NCBI GenBank assembly: GCA_951406725.2 | Contig: OX597836.1 | Span: 6,820,001 to 6,884,000, forward strand | DNA from: Octopus vulgaris | Lineage: Eukaryota | Length of the DNA: 64,000 bases | Direction: 5' to 3' | Part shown: positions 1 to 12,610 of the stretch, in pieces | Numbering within the stretch: the first letter of the stretch is position 1 | Layout of the letters: every line of letters begins with the position of its first letter | Program-made: the position numbers and the translations under genes | Notes under the pieces: model-generated | The model's database searches: none | Seen by the model: only the letters and a program-made list of their open reading frames with translations | Told to the model about the DNA's origin: nothing

Positions 1-421
1 TATGTGCGCGACATGGTGATCTCATATCAAGATAAACAGCACATGACCTTGCGGGTGGAGCCCAGTAAAGAATTTTCTTTAGGTCGAGTAGTCCCTCCTG
101 TTCAAGAGGTCCCCGAATAAGGGTTGTTTAAGGATGTTGAACGCAACACCCATATTTTCACAGGTGAATTATTCAAACCCCGAAGAATTCCTTTCAGCAC
201 ATGGCTATGATGCTCCCTCATTATTTCTGCTCGTGATCGGAGATGCACATATCTTCAGCCATCAAGGAACATTTTCCACTGGCCAAGGTCAGCAGAATAT
301 TTGCTGTAGTCCATCTTTTATACCAAGACAAAACAATGTACAGGATAACACTTCCAATCAGTTAAAATCAGAAGCTAGGAGAGCCACTGTCTGTTACTGC
401 ACCAGGACGTTTGTTATTATT

Positions 422-1400
422 GGCACCCAAAATGTTGTCGGACGCTCGCAATCCTCTCCCAGTCGGGCGATGGGATCGATGGATGTCCCGCTTTAGAAAT
501 TCATAGAGGATTAGCGGCGCGGAAGTGCGACGACTTTCTCCGGGAAACTCTGGGCATCGACGAGAACGAACTGGCTTGTCTGTTCCGAAGGACTTTCCGG
601 TCAGGAACTATCATGGATAATTTCCAGATGTGCTTGGCCTGGCACTGCTACCGAGGGTTCGCTACCGGTTCCAGATAAACTCTAAAGGCACGGATGTGGT
701 ATCAGACGGATTTATTCGAGGTGCACTCAGAGTGACGAAACCGTTCTGCACGCCCTTGTTCAGGGTCCGGACATTGCTGACCTGTGGGGACGAATCCATC
801 TTTCGGCCGAGTCTGTAGTGATGATGGCACCGCCACCCTCCTTCAATCGGACAGGTAAGGCAGTTTTCCTTTGCCTGGTGGCTGTGGCGAAAGAGGTTGT
901 TTGGTGGACAAGGTTGAAAAGCATGAGGACAGATACATTCCTCTTTCGTAGAGCTCTCATTGATTTCTTCGAGTTTCATTTGAAGAGAAAATTGAGAGTG
1001 GAAAGAGAAGTGCTGTCCTCGAGTGAATTTATCGAAAAGTGGGTGAAAGTTGCGAAAATGTCAAGAGTGGATGGTACGTCTCTAAGTGTAGACCTATGGG
1101 TCGGTGAGAAGGAATTGGAGAGGGCACTTGCTCATTAGGTTTCAGGGAAATCTTGGAAGTGGTGTTCCTCGATTATCCCTAGAGGCGTTCCTGTATCAGG
1201 AGGGTCACGTCTCTATCATCCCCCCCCCATTTTTTACCTATGCATGCCACGTATGTCTTTTCTTTTATACCGTGTGTACTTTCTTTTTATCAGTTTATTA
1301 TTGTATGTAAACCTCTACACTTTATGTCTGTCTCTGTATTGTCCTCCTCATTATTCGCCCTTGTGGCAAATAAACGAAATCATTATTATCATTATTATCA
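422..1400 (+). mobile_element. L1/Tx1-type LINE, 3' fragment of ORF2 (zf-RVT-like region) with 3' UTR and simple-repeat tail; degenerate
   Basis: Manual translation gives LAWHCYRG/SLPVPDKL*RHG...RCTQSDETVLHALVQGPDIADLW...FLCLVAVAKEVVWWTR (one frameshift, one stop), resembling the C-terminal zinc-finger region of L1/Tx1 ORF2. It ends in AATAAA followed by (CATTATTAT)n. Confidence 0.75.
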
Positions 1401-1786
1401 CCCGCTACAAGGGCCGGCCATTGTTTGAAAGTAACGATGGTGACTGAATAGTCAATAACAATGATGTGGTGAATGATGGCATAAAGAATAGAACGACACA
1501 AGCCGTATGGAAATCCACAGACTATATACCAGGCGCGTTCCAGCCATGACTGTCCTGTCATCCAATCAGATACAATATCGCCCAAAGAGTACAATAAATA
1601 TATACAACACCCTTTCTCGCTAAACTGTAGTTTGAGAGAGATTTAGCTGTTATTTTCAGCATATTGAAACACTACGTATATAATCACTCCTTGGCTCATT
1701 CATTGATTTCTCCGCTCGTCTTTGCTTAGGCAAAGACTTCGCTTGGTAATCGATTCTGCTCTGTATTGATCTTCACTTTAAGAAAA

Positions 1787-1838
1787 TGTGTCGTCTGCCT
1801 TGTGTCGTCTGCTTTGTGTCGTCTGCTTTGTATCGTCT
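1787..1838. repeat. 14-bp tandem repeat (TGTGTCGTCTGCYT, ~3.7 copies)
   Basis: Units read directly. Confidence 0.9.
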
Positions 1839-2095
1839 TTATCACGAACATGCTGAAACTGTAACACACATTGTTCTGTAACATATTAGAAACCACTGAA
1901 TAATCAGCTCAGTTACTAACTTTAATACGTTAAACGGAGGCATGAAACGATGGCAGACTCGTTAGAGCATCGGACAACGAAACGTTCACACCCCCGTCCA
2001 TGGTTCATTTGATTCAGAGTTCAAATCCCGCCAATGTCAACTTTACATTTTAATCTTCGAGGGGAAGGAAAATAATGTATCAGACCACGAGCGAA

Positions 2096-2240
2096 GGATG
2101 TGGCTGTGTGGTAAGAAGTTTGCTTCTCAACTACATGGTTCCGGGTTCAGCCCTACTGCGTGGCACCATAGGCAAGTGTCTTCTACGATATGCTCGGGCC
2201 GACAAAACCATTGTGAGTGGTTTTGGTAGAAGGAAAAGAA
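2096..2240 (+). mobile_element. tRNA-derived SINE family A (CORE-like), 5' part
   Basis: A-box/B-box head TGGCTGTGTGGTAAG...GGTTCAG followed by a GGCACC.TRGGCAAGTGTCTTC core; the same sequence recurs many times in the window. Confidence 0.8.
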
Positions 2241-2971
2241 CGAGGCAAGGCCGGTAGATTGGCAGATTTTAGGATCAAAAGCAGAAACAAAAATCAACTT
2301 GAGGTTATAATTTCGGTCTTTTTCGTTTTGATTTCAAATTCTGACGAAGCCAACTTTGTTTTTTTTTATTCTTTCAGAATAAAAAAAAATCCCTTCATCA
2401 AGAGGGAATCTTAAGAACGAATCTTCTTTGTACCTTCTTGCACTTAAAAAGCGGATGAGGACGCAAGCCCTAAAGATCACATTATTTTTATAAGACGAAA
2501 TCAGAGGCACCAGTACCACTGAATGGCAGCAGACATGGAGCTTCTGAACAAAATAATTCAGGAGAAACACAAGAATGCGTCGCCGATCTTATCGAACAGC
2601 AAAATAATCAAAGATCGATTACTTCTGAACGGCATGATTATTTGTAATTAATATAACTAATGCAACAATGTCACGCATACCCTATAATTAAAGGAATTCG
2701 CTTTATTTCCGTCATCGTTGTCAAAAGATATCGAGATATCGGATGTTACTAGCGAAACCCAAAGACATCAATTTTAAACGATCGATATCTTTAAACTATC
2801 GAATCAATCGATACATCAAAAGGGAGACGAAATAGAGTCTAAGGCTTAAAATCTTTATATTTCTCTGTCTCTCGGTTCTGTATTTTTATTGATATTCAAC
2901 CCAGAGACCGGATTATTTCAATCATAGCCAAGGGTTTATACAAACGAAAATGTTTAAAACTGAATTGTTGA

Positions 2972-2976
<5 letters not shown>

Positions 2977-3051
<75 letters not shown>
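2977..3051. repeat. (AAT)n microsatellite
   Basis: Read directly. Confidence 0.95.
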
Positions 3052-3054
<3 letters not shown>

Positions 3055-3195
3055 TCGAAAAGTGCATTAGGAATGAGAACCCAGGTTCGAAATTTCCCCA
3101 AGACACCTGATGAAGGTTGGAGAGTATATCAGCCGAAACAACAAACAAGATGAGGACAAATATCCGTCAAATATAAATAATGTAAATAATGTATA
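3052..3195 (+). mobile_element. Short PLE-terminal-repeat-like element with a truncated hammerhead motif
   Basis: CTGATGA-A-GGTTG...CAGCC-GAAAC at 3107-3139; abuts (AAT)n; AATAATGTA repeated tail. Confidence 0.5.
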
Positions 3196-3639
3196 TTCAC
3201 TTTGTTTCGAAACTCTTACTTTTTTGTGTAAATGTATGCATCTAAATATATATGAGTGACTTTGTGTTTCCTTGCTTGTACCACGTAGAAACGCACACCA
3301 TTTATTTACCTCCCAGGGACAAAAGGAGGGCGATGGAATAAATATCAGATCTAAAACTGTAAACACTTGAGTTGATTTGTCCGAGAAAACCTTTCAATAC
3401 GGTGCCCCAGCATGGCCGGAGTCCAATGATTGAAACAAGTAAAAGATAAAAGAATATCAACCATCGAAAGACTGGAGATAAAAAAAAATTTAATATTAAA
3501 ATGGCAACAGCCACAGAAATGAACGTAAACCTGGCTGTCGAATACTTAATGAAAACAGATACGAACATCAATATCACCAGGTTAAAAGAAATTGCGCATG
3601 CATCAGTCTTTGTTCTTACGAAGGAAAGCCGCCACTCGG

Positions 3640-4480
3640 TTAGATCTACTTAAACACAGAATATCAAAACCAAGGAGAACAACATGGAAAAACAAACACA
3701 GCAAAAAGTATATGAAATAAAAGACTGGATTTTTCGATCGTTACTGAAATCAATATCAAGAGGATATAAAATGAAAGAAAAGAAGGCAAAAATAATAAAA
3801 GTACCCGGAATAAAAAAAAAAGCTGCACCTCAAACTAGAGACTTTCGCTAAGTTGTAAATAATTCATCGTTATGAAATGCGGAAGCGATTCTTTGAAGAA
3901 CGAAGTAAGTACGGCTTCAATCCAAAATTATGTGATCAAGGATCTGGTAGAAATAAAATTGAAATAAACGCATTTCCAACTGCGAGAGAAGTAGAGAAGT
4001 TTGGAGAAAGATAGAGAATGAATCATCACAGGCGAGGTTGTTTGTAGCAACAGACACAACCTCTTGAAGCAGTTGTTCAAAACCTTTTTAATAAGCGAGC
4101 CGGATTCCAAACATGTACGTTTTTAGGGAGCCGCACCAAAAATTTTAAAAAAAGGTAAAACAAGTTAATTAAAGACAAATTTAATATATTTATAGAGAGA
4201 AGACCGTCGGTGGCCGCTGGAAAAATGCTTGACGGCCGAATGAGTCTTTTGTAGCCGTGGTTCAGAACCACAGCCTGAAATCAGGGGAGGCCAAATCAAT
4301 GCAAAAAAACAAACTATTTGAACAAGGAATGACTGGAAGGTGTTAGGAAGGGATGATGTTTCACAGTTCTGATTAAAATATTTGATGGATTCATAGAAAG
4401 TACGTACAAAATATTATATATTACGACTTGTGAAAAAAAAAGAGTCAAAAACATTATCTGATTGGATCAACAAGATATCA
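3640..4480 (+). mobile_element. Highly degenerate R4/Dong-like non-LTR retrotransposon fragment (pre-RT/RT start)
   Basis: Translation RFFEERSKYGFNPKL...NKIEINAFPTAREVEKF resembles the R4-clade pre-RT region; many stops. Confidence 0.4.
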
Positions 4481-4489
4481 ACAGGTCCA

Positions 4490-4987
4490 ACCTTTTGGCA
4501 TTCAGACCATTCTGTCAAACATAATGCATTCTTATTCAAATTGATTTGAATTAATCATGCATTATCTCGTAGCTTTGAAATTTCAACGATGTGATTGTAT
4601 ATTTTTAGAATGACATTGTAGGGCAGGTGTGAGAAGCAGGATCTGGCCAATTTAAACATAAAACAATTAGAATATTTTTGCTTTGATATGCCTGGTTTAA
4701 ATGCTAAAGGATTAACTGTTTAGCATTCAGATTATTTTGTCGAATGTAATGCTTATTTATTTGCATTGTTTTGATTTAACTTGGATTATCTCATACCTTT
4801 GACAATTTCAACGATGTAATTGTGTATTTTTAGAATAACATTGCAGGGTAAGTGTGAGAAGCTGAATCTGTCCAGTTTGGACATAAAACATGGAGAATAT
4901 TTAAAAGTCTGATATGGCCAGCTGGTTTAAACACAAAACGTAGAATATTTGGGCCTGATATGTCCGGTTTAAAAGAGAAATGGTTAA
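4490..4987. mobile_element. Two tandem copies of a ~225-270 bp TTAA-bounded MITE (piggyBac-like ends)
   Basis: 4490-4711 and 4716-4983 are homologous. Ends CC/CT-TTTAGCATT...AATGCTAAAGG; TTAA at 4712-4715 and 4984-4987. Confidence 0.65.
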
Positions 4988-4989
4988 TC

Positions 4990-5768
4990 TCCAAAACTGA
5001 GAATTCTTGTGTGTCTGTCTGTAATGTACAAACTCTTAACTGCAATAACACTACAGAAGATAAATAATTATCGAAAAAAACAACTGAATTCTCGAAGTCC
5101 GGAAGAAACGTCTCAAAGGCTCGTGTTGACCTTAAAGGTCAATTACTATTCAAAACAGGGAAAATTGAAAACTGCAGGAAGAAAAAGAATGATTTGAGTC
5201 TGATATGGAATGGTTTCCAGGAGGATTTTACCATCCCCGTGTTTTGGAAACATGAGCCGTAAGTATGGAGTACATTAAATATAGGATCGATGAATGACAA
5301 AACTATTCTGTAGGTTTCAACAAAAGGGAAAATACAAATTCCATCTCTATTCAGAAACCAAAGTCTCAAGGGGGACTCACACACGCGCGCGCGCTGTCTC
5401 TCTCTCCCTCCCTCTCTTTCTCTTACACATATTTTACTTTCCCACTCTCCTTCTCTCTCTCCCCTCTCTCCTCTTTGCCCAGTCTCTTTCCCACTTTCTC
5501 TCTATCTCTCTTCCTTTCTCTCTCCTTCCTCTCCACTCATCTCCCACACTCTCTCTTCTCTCTTCCTCTATCTATTCCACTCTCTCCCTCCGTCTCTCTT
5601 ACCCTCTCCCTCGCTCTATCTCTCTCCTCTTTCTCTCTCCCTCTCATTTCCCTCTCTCTTTCTCCCCATTCAGCCTCTCTTCCCCCTCTCTTTTCTCACC
5701 TCTCTTTCTTTCTTTCTCTCCTTCTCTCTCCCCTTCTTCCCACTCACCCCTCTCTTCTCCCCCCGTCT

Positions 5769-5809
<41 letters not shown>

Positions 5810-6340
5810 TTTGCAGTCCTTTCCTGTCCAACGTTAACCCCTTTCAACCCACTTAACCAAACTAAACCCGACTCGAATATAATACGATGTGAGAACAAGA
5901 TGGCTGACCTCAAGATGTTTCACTGCAGATAATAGAGAGAGAGGAGAGATTGCCACAGACGCTGAACATGGATTTGCTCGAAGAACTGATATGAGAGATC
6001 TGGGTTAGAACAAACTGCGCCAAAGAAGAGATCAAATTTAATAAACACTACTAAAATGATATTAGATAAAGAAAGTGAGATAAAGGGAATTAGACCAAAC
6101 ACAGATTTACGAATATTCGGGAATCAATAAACAAGATACAGCACAAAATATACGAATGAAGGGGGAAAAAAAAAACGGGTTAGGAAGTAAAATTATAGCT
6201 GTATTAGATCAATATATAAAGCCGAACTCAATGTTAAAAATAAGATAATAGGTATCAATATTCTAGCTACTCACATAATAAGTAATGGTTATAATATTCT
6301 CAACTGAAAGCTAAGTGAATTAGCTGGACTAGACAGGCAA
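4990..6340 (+). mobile_element. R4/Dong-like LINE reverse transcriptase remnant interrupted by a CT-rich tract
   Basis: Colinear motifs CLSVMYKLLTAI, KGQLLFK..IENCRKKKNDLSLIWNGFQEDF, QGD-like codons (~5368), MADLKMF (YMDDLKL-like, ~5899), KAELNVKNKIIGINILA...LSELAGLDRQ. Confidence 0.7.
5390..5812. repeat. Polypyrimidine (CT)n-rich tract
   Basis: Read directly. Confidence 0.95.
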
Positions 6341-6640
6341 ATTTATATATATAAAGAAAGAAAGAAAAAAGCAAATGAAATACTGTCTGCGTTCAGAATA
6401 TGTTTCAAAGGAAAGAATATATTTACCATGAATATTGGGAATTTGAGTTTCCTGCAGCCAAATAAATACTTGAAAATACTTACTGTGGGTCTACGAAGCT
6501 ATTATAAAATAGATCAGAGGTTCCCGACCATTTTTTATTTTTTTCGTTTTTGCCTGTGGATTCCCTTTGGTAACTAATTTACTCAGGTGGACCCTCAGAG
6601 CTATTTGATGTTTTTTTTTTTTTTAATCCTATTAAAAACG

Positions 6641-6760
6641 CAGGTGTGATTGTGTGGTAAGAAGCTTGCTTTCCAACCACATGGTTCCCGGTTCGGTCCC
6701 ACTACGGAGCGCCTTGGGCAATTGTCTTTCATTATAGCCACGGGCCTTCTCAGTGGATTT
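6641..6760 (+). mobile_element. SINE family A, 5' part
   Basis: Same head and core as 2096. Confidence 0.8.
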
Positions 6761-6805
6761 AGAGCTAGGGTTAGGGTTACATGTATGCATGTATGTATAT
6801 ATATT

Positions 6806-6852
<47 letters not shown>

Positions 6853-7319
6853 TTACATATAAGAGAACAAAATGTACGTACGCCGCAATATATATATATG
6901 AGGAATGTACTTTGGAAGAGTACATTGTGCTCATCCTAATGTGAAAGTGTATAAGAGCAAAAAGTTTAAGGTTAATTATGATGTCCAATTCCACTGGAAG
7001 TTGTATATATTGTGGGCTGAACAGCTTTCCTTCATCTTATAGGCCTCATGACAATTTTTAAAAGGTTCACTGTGGTAATATTCACTATCAATCAAATTTC
7101 CTTATTTAGAAGAAACAGTCAACAGTTTTAACGTTGCGAATTTCGAATGAAATTGCGAGGATGTTTTGCGTTCTTGTCCCATTTTGTATTATATATATAT
7201 ATGTTAGGCAAGGTTTTAGATGTAAAACCCCAAATTTTTCAGGTTTTATAAGCAATCGATTGAATTTTGTTGGGAATATCTTCAGAAAATTGAATAATCA
7301 CTAGTTATTTATTTTCACT

Positions 7320-7636
7320 TTTTTGCTCACTTAAAGTAACTGCCTTTTCCTAATAGTTTTTCATGTCAGCTGGTTTATTGCACGAAAAACAGCCGTAAGA
7401 ACACATTTGACCGCGAATGCACGTGGTTGATTACAGGTAATTCAAGTTAGAGTGATATCGATTTCTTAGCCACTTACAAACGTCTGAAAACGCAGAAATG
7501 AATAGTTGTCCGTGGTCTGATATTTAAATCAAAATGATTAAAATATTTAAATTAAAATTTCAGCGTGATCGGATGAAGAATACTCGAGTTATAAGCGCAC
7601 AAAAAAGACAGACAGAACGGGATTTATATATTAGAT
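7320..7636 (+). mobile_element. Non-autonomous Helitron/Helentron-like element end
   Basis: AAATTTCAGCGTGATCGGATG...GACAGACAGA...TTTATATATTAGAT terminus, similar to DINE/HINE-type ends. Confidence 0.4.
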
Positions 7637-7729
7637 AAGTCTTCGACCTGCAACTAGTTTGATAAGTGTCAATGCACGAATCTCTCGGGCCTCGAGCCAT
7701 TCTGTTACGTCTGCTAAATATATATATAT

Positions 7730-7771
7730 ATCTGTCTGATGAACGGCAACGAGAAACTCAGAGTAACAGAT
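7730..7771 (+). ncRNA. Minimal type I hammerhead ribozyme motif
   Basis: AUCUGU-CUGAUGA-A.CG(GCAA)CG.A-GAAA-CUC(A)GAG-UA/ACAGAU: 6-bp stem I, intact core, GUA triplet. Confidence 0.7.
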
Positions 7772-7801
7772 TTTGTTGAATTTTCTGCTGCTTTAAATAA
7801 A

Positions 7802-7851
<50 letters not shown>

Positions 7852-8043
7852 TGTAACAACACACATTCGATGCAAGCCTGATTGTCTGATTAAGTGCCGC
7901 TCTAACGTCTAAAACTCGCAAATATAACGTGATTTTTCATTTAGAATTTTCGCGTAAACTGGCGTTGGATATATAAATGGAACGGAAACAATTGTAACTT
8001 ATAATTAAAGATGTGTTAAAGAAATTCCCTTGTCTTCTTCTTG

Positions 8044-8119
<76 letters not shown>

Positions 8120-8126
8120 TACATTC

Positions 8127-8181
<55 letters not shown>

Positions 8182-8604
8182 TTCATACATACATACATAT
8201 ATATATATATATATGGAGAGAGAGAGGGGAGATTTATATATATATATATATATATTATGATGAGATGGGTGAGTGTTTGATGGTGGGTGTTCTCGATATG
8301 TAGACATATTGTATTTAATTTTATTGATGTCATCCGTGATAAATTATTCGTGTCTCGGGAATATGAGGTGTGTTTTAGCATCTATTTTTAGATTTAAATG
8401 GAATAAAACTGATTATTCGATAAATTTTCAAAGATTTTTCAACATTTCCTTCATCTTTTTATATATTCCTTCTCGCTTCTTTGTTTGTCTCTACATCTCT
8501 CTTTTATTCATATTTATCGATATTCTTCTATTGATCTGTCTGTCAGTCTACCTGTCTATCGCTCTTTCTCTTTCATTTTCTCTCTCCCTCTCACTGTGTG
8601 TGTC

Positions 8605-8827
8605 GGAGGGCGCGTGACGTTGTTTAGAGTTTGGCACTCACAACCGTAGTTTCGATTCCTGGAGCGGGCGTTGCGTTGTCTTTTTGAGCAAAGCACTTCA
8701 TCTTCCGTTGCAGCAGTCCACTAAGCTGTAAATGGTTAACCTACCACGAATTCGCTACAACAACTCTTGGAAGCGCTTTGTGATCAGGTGTGTACAACGA
8801 CATCCGCTAGTCTGGTCGATAAAGTAA
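8605..8827 (+). mobile_element. tRNA-derived SINE family C (V/CORE-like), degenerate
   Basis: GGCGCGTG...TTCGATTCC...TTGAGCAAAGCACTT...CAGTCCACTAAGCTG; homologous to 39711. Confidence 0.65.
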
Positions 8828-8839
8828 TATATATACATA

Positions 8840-8874
<35 letters not shown>

Positions 8875-9029
8875 TATGTCTTAATAGTTTGGGTATTCGC
8901 CTGGATTCCTTGAAGCGCCGTGTCGCCATGAACAAAAACATGTGTGTAGGGAAACGAGCATCACCTTTCTCTCAGCAGTAAGATTTCTACCTCGTTTTCT
9001 GTATGAATTCTTCAGGCTTTTAGAGTTGT

Positions 9030-9300
9030 CTTTTCATATTCTGCTTCTTCGAATGAATGTTTATATTTTCTATCGAGAAGTAAAGCTGTGTTAATTCATA
9101 ATTCACCTACGGCTGGACTGAGAGTTCTTTCAAATTAAGATTTCACCAGCGCACATATACATTCGGAAACACTGAAAAATTGAAAATGCTTTCACAGAAA
9201 GTTATCAAAGCATATTTAGTTCAAGAAACAACACCATTAAATCAATTAAAAGTTATTTAAGAGATGTCATAACACACCAATACTTATTCACCGTAATGAT
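9030..9300 (+). mobile_element. Penelope-like element GIY-YIG endonuclease fragment
   Basis: TYGWTESSFKLRFHQRTYTFGNTEK resembles YIG.TE..FK.R...H...F of PLE endonucleases. Confidence 0.55.
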
Positions 9301-9727
9301 ATCCGTGTTTATATATTTGTGAAATGATGTAGATGCTACTATATAGTCGTTCTGAGCTTATGTATTTCCATCACCATATGTTGTAATAATACTTTGAAAT
9401 GCTTAAACATTGAACGTTGTGTTATCTTGTCGAATGGCGTTATATGTTTCAAACGAATCAAAATGCTTTCCTTTGTTAACGAGATCCTCATTAACTCGTG
9501 TTAATAGGTATCTTAAATGGTCTCCTTTGTTAACGAGTATCTCGTATTCAACGAGTTATATTTCTATTTCGTAAATAAATATATGCTCAATTATAACTTC
9601 AGAATCAGTAAGGTGTAAGTTGCGATTTCTGAAGACTTATCTTTAAATATATTTTATGGTATTGATCTATTTTGTGGCACTGCATTCATTATGTTCTACA
9701 TTGAAGTGTACACAGATACATACACAG

Positions 9728-9770
<43 letters not shown>

Positions 9771-9828
9771 CACCTTATAGCTGGCTATGTAAATAGTCTA
9801 ACTGATTGATATACAAATACAGATACAA

Positions 9829-9900
<72 letters not shown>

Positions 9901-10029
9901 CATACATGTATCTATGTATGTATATGATATAAATATGTGTACATGCGTTTGTACGCACATACACACACACACACATATAGCTAGATATGTAAATAGCTTG
10001 TCTGATATACAAATACTGATACAAATATT

Positions 10030-10065
<36 letters not shown>

Positions 10066-10165
10066 CGTGTGTGTGTATGTATATATATATATATATTTAT
10101 TTATGTATGTATATATTTATACATGTATATACACATACACACACACGCATATATATATATACATA

Positions 10166-10204
<39 letters not shown>

Positions 10205-10481
10205 ATATATATATATACATACATACATGTGTCTGTGCATATATGTGTGTGTGTTTGTGTGTTGATAGGAGCTTAAGTAATGTGAAGTTATGTGAAGTTA
10301 TTTCTCTTCTCGATACACACAGACCTTTGAATCAACCAACAAAGTACGCAACAACCACCTTCATTCACACATACGCACACACACACACACACACGCACAC
10401 ACACACACACACACATCCCCATGCTCATATGTACATATATTTAAGAATAGAGATGGAATGTGAGGAGATAGTGGTAGGTAG

Positions 10482-10910
10482 AGAAGAAGAAGAAGAAGAA
10501 GAAGTAGAGGCAGAAGAAGAAGAAGAAAAAGAAAATGAAGAAGAAGAAGAAGAAGAAGAAAAAATGAAGAGGAAGAAGAAGAAGAAGAAGAAGAAGAGGA
10601 AAAAGAAGAAGAAGAAGAAGAAGAAGAAGAAGAAGAAGAAAATGAAGAAGAGGAAGAAAAAGAAGAAGAAAATGAAGAAGAAGAAAAAGAAGAAGAAGAA
10701 AATGAAGAAGGGGAAGAAGAAGAAGAAGAAGAAGAAGAAGAAGAAGAAGAAAATGAAGAAGGGGTAGAAGAAAAAGAAGAAAAAGAAGAAAAAGAAGAAG
10801 AAGTAGAAGAAAATGAAGAAAAAATAGAAGAAAATGAAGAAGAAAATGAAGAAGAAAATGAAGAAGAAGAACAAGAAGAAGAAGAAGAACAACAACAACA
10901 ACAACAACAA
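10482..10910. repeat. (GAA)n / (CAA)n microsatellite
   Basis: Read directly. Confidence 0.95.
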
Positions 10911-11719
10911 GAATGTATGAGACCATGAAAGACATATTGAACTACACAAGGAATATGTTAAACGTAAAATTCTTGCAAAAGCGAAAACAAAATAGAAAGA
11001 AAGAAATTTTCTATGACGTCAGAAGGCCACGGCTTGTTGAAAACGAATTACACTTTTGAAATATTCAATCTAGAAAATTCGATAAACCATTATAACTAAG
11101 ACTAGCGCCACTGGTTACAAAACCACCACCAGCACCACCACCGCCATTACTAATACTGTGACCATTCTCACAATATCCCCGTACTCACCCTATCATCACC
11201 ACCACCACTACCACCATGTTAATCGCACTACCAACTATTGCCACCACCACCACTCCATCACCACCACCACTGCAGCCAAAACTACTACCCCCCCCCACCC
11301 ACCACAAATTCTACTACCACAACCACCACCACCAGCACTACCGCTATACTAATCACACTAACAGCATTACTAACACCACGACGACCACCACTACCACAAC
11401 TACTGCCACCCTCACCACCACTACTACCACTACCACTACAGCTACCACCACCGCTATGACCACAACTATCACTACAACGACCACTATTACTACCACCAGG
11501 ACTATCACAAGTACTCTCACCTTTCTTCACACTACTCCCATTCTGAACGCTCCACCACCATCGTCTCTACAACCAGTCTTTGCGCCATCACCAATATCTG
11601 CAAATTACAATTATTACTTAAGTCTGGGTTTCCTGAAACGGCTGTTGAATTATGGCGTTACATAATTTCTTAATGTTTTCATTCCCTATTCTAACCTCCA
11701 TGCATTTGTACATACATAA

Positions 11720-11795
<76 letters not shown>

Positions 11796-11830
11796 ACAGA
11801 GACATATATATATATATATATATATATATA

Positions 11831-11942
11831 GGTGGCTATATGGTAAGTAGCCTTGCTTACTAACCACATGTCTCCCGGTTCAGCCCCACTGCGTGGCACC
11901 TTAGGCAAGTGTCTTCTACTATAGCCTCGGGCCGACCAAAGT
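11831..11942 (+). mobile_element. SINE family A, 5' part
   Basis: Head plus CORE-like block. Confidence 0.85.
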
Positions 11943-12153
11943 GTCCAGTGTTTAATAAAACCATATCGGCAACAATTTATACTAATATATATAATTATAT
12001 TAAAGGGTGCGGATAAACTCCATCAACATGCTAGAAGTAGACGCCAAATGGCTTTGCATACATGCAGATGCTTGTATGTAACTATTGGTGCGGATATATA
12101 GGTTGTTCGTATGGGTACGTATAAATATTTGCACTTATATTGTATGGGTATAT

Positions 12154-12206
12154 TGTACTGATGACAGCAGAGGGTTTTACTTCCCTAAGCTAGAAATCTA
12201 TCTATG
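12154..12206 (+). ncRNA. Type I hammerhead ribozyme-like motif
   Basis: UGUA-CUGAUGA-C.AGC.AG.AGGG(loop)CCCU.AA.GCU.A-GAAA-UCUA-UC/UAUG. Confidence 0.5.
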
Positions 12207-12610
12207 CTTTTATTCATTTATTCCTTTACTTCTTTCGGTCATATGACTGCAGCCATGCTGGAGCACCGCCTTTAGTTGATCCCAGGACTTATTCTTTGTA
12301 AGCCTGGTGCTTCTTCTATCGGTCTATTTTGCCGAACCGCTAAATCACGGGATGTAATCACACCAACATCGGTTGTCAGGCGATGTTGTGGGGACAAACA
12401 CAGACACACAAACACACACACTCACAAACACACACATATATATATATACATACGGCGGGCTTGTTTCAGTTTCCCTCTACCAAATCCACTCACAAGGCTT
12501 TGGTCGGCCCGAAGCTGTAGTAGAAGGCACATGCCCAAGGTGTCATGCAGTGTGACTGAACCCGGAACCATGTGGTTCGTAAGCAAGCTACTTACCACAC
12601 AGCCACTCAT
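12207..12610 (-). mobile_element. SINE family A, near full length
   Basis: Reverse complement contains the head, core, internal (TA/TG)n and the AAGGCGGTGCTCCAGCATGGCTGCAGTC tail. Confidence 0.9.

Noticed and set aside
1-420. 120-aa ORF 134-496 and surrounding unique-looking sequence
   Set aside because: No recognisable motif; the ORF runs into the LINE fragment; likely an unclassified repeat
1787-1838. Short direct repeats as a possible CRISPR-like array
   Set aside because: No spacers; a simple tandem repeat in eukaryotic DNA
5894-5910. CAAGATGGC YY1-like site / start of a small ORF
   Set aside because: It corresponds to the decayed YMDD motif (MADLKMF) of the surrounding LINE RT
7959-7996. 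CGUU/AACG stem + GAAA-CAAUUG-UA
   Set aside because: The 3' half is hammerhead-like but CUGANGA and stem I are absent; kept only as a weak relic
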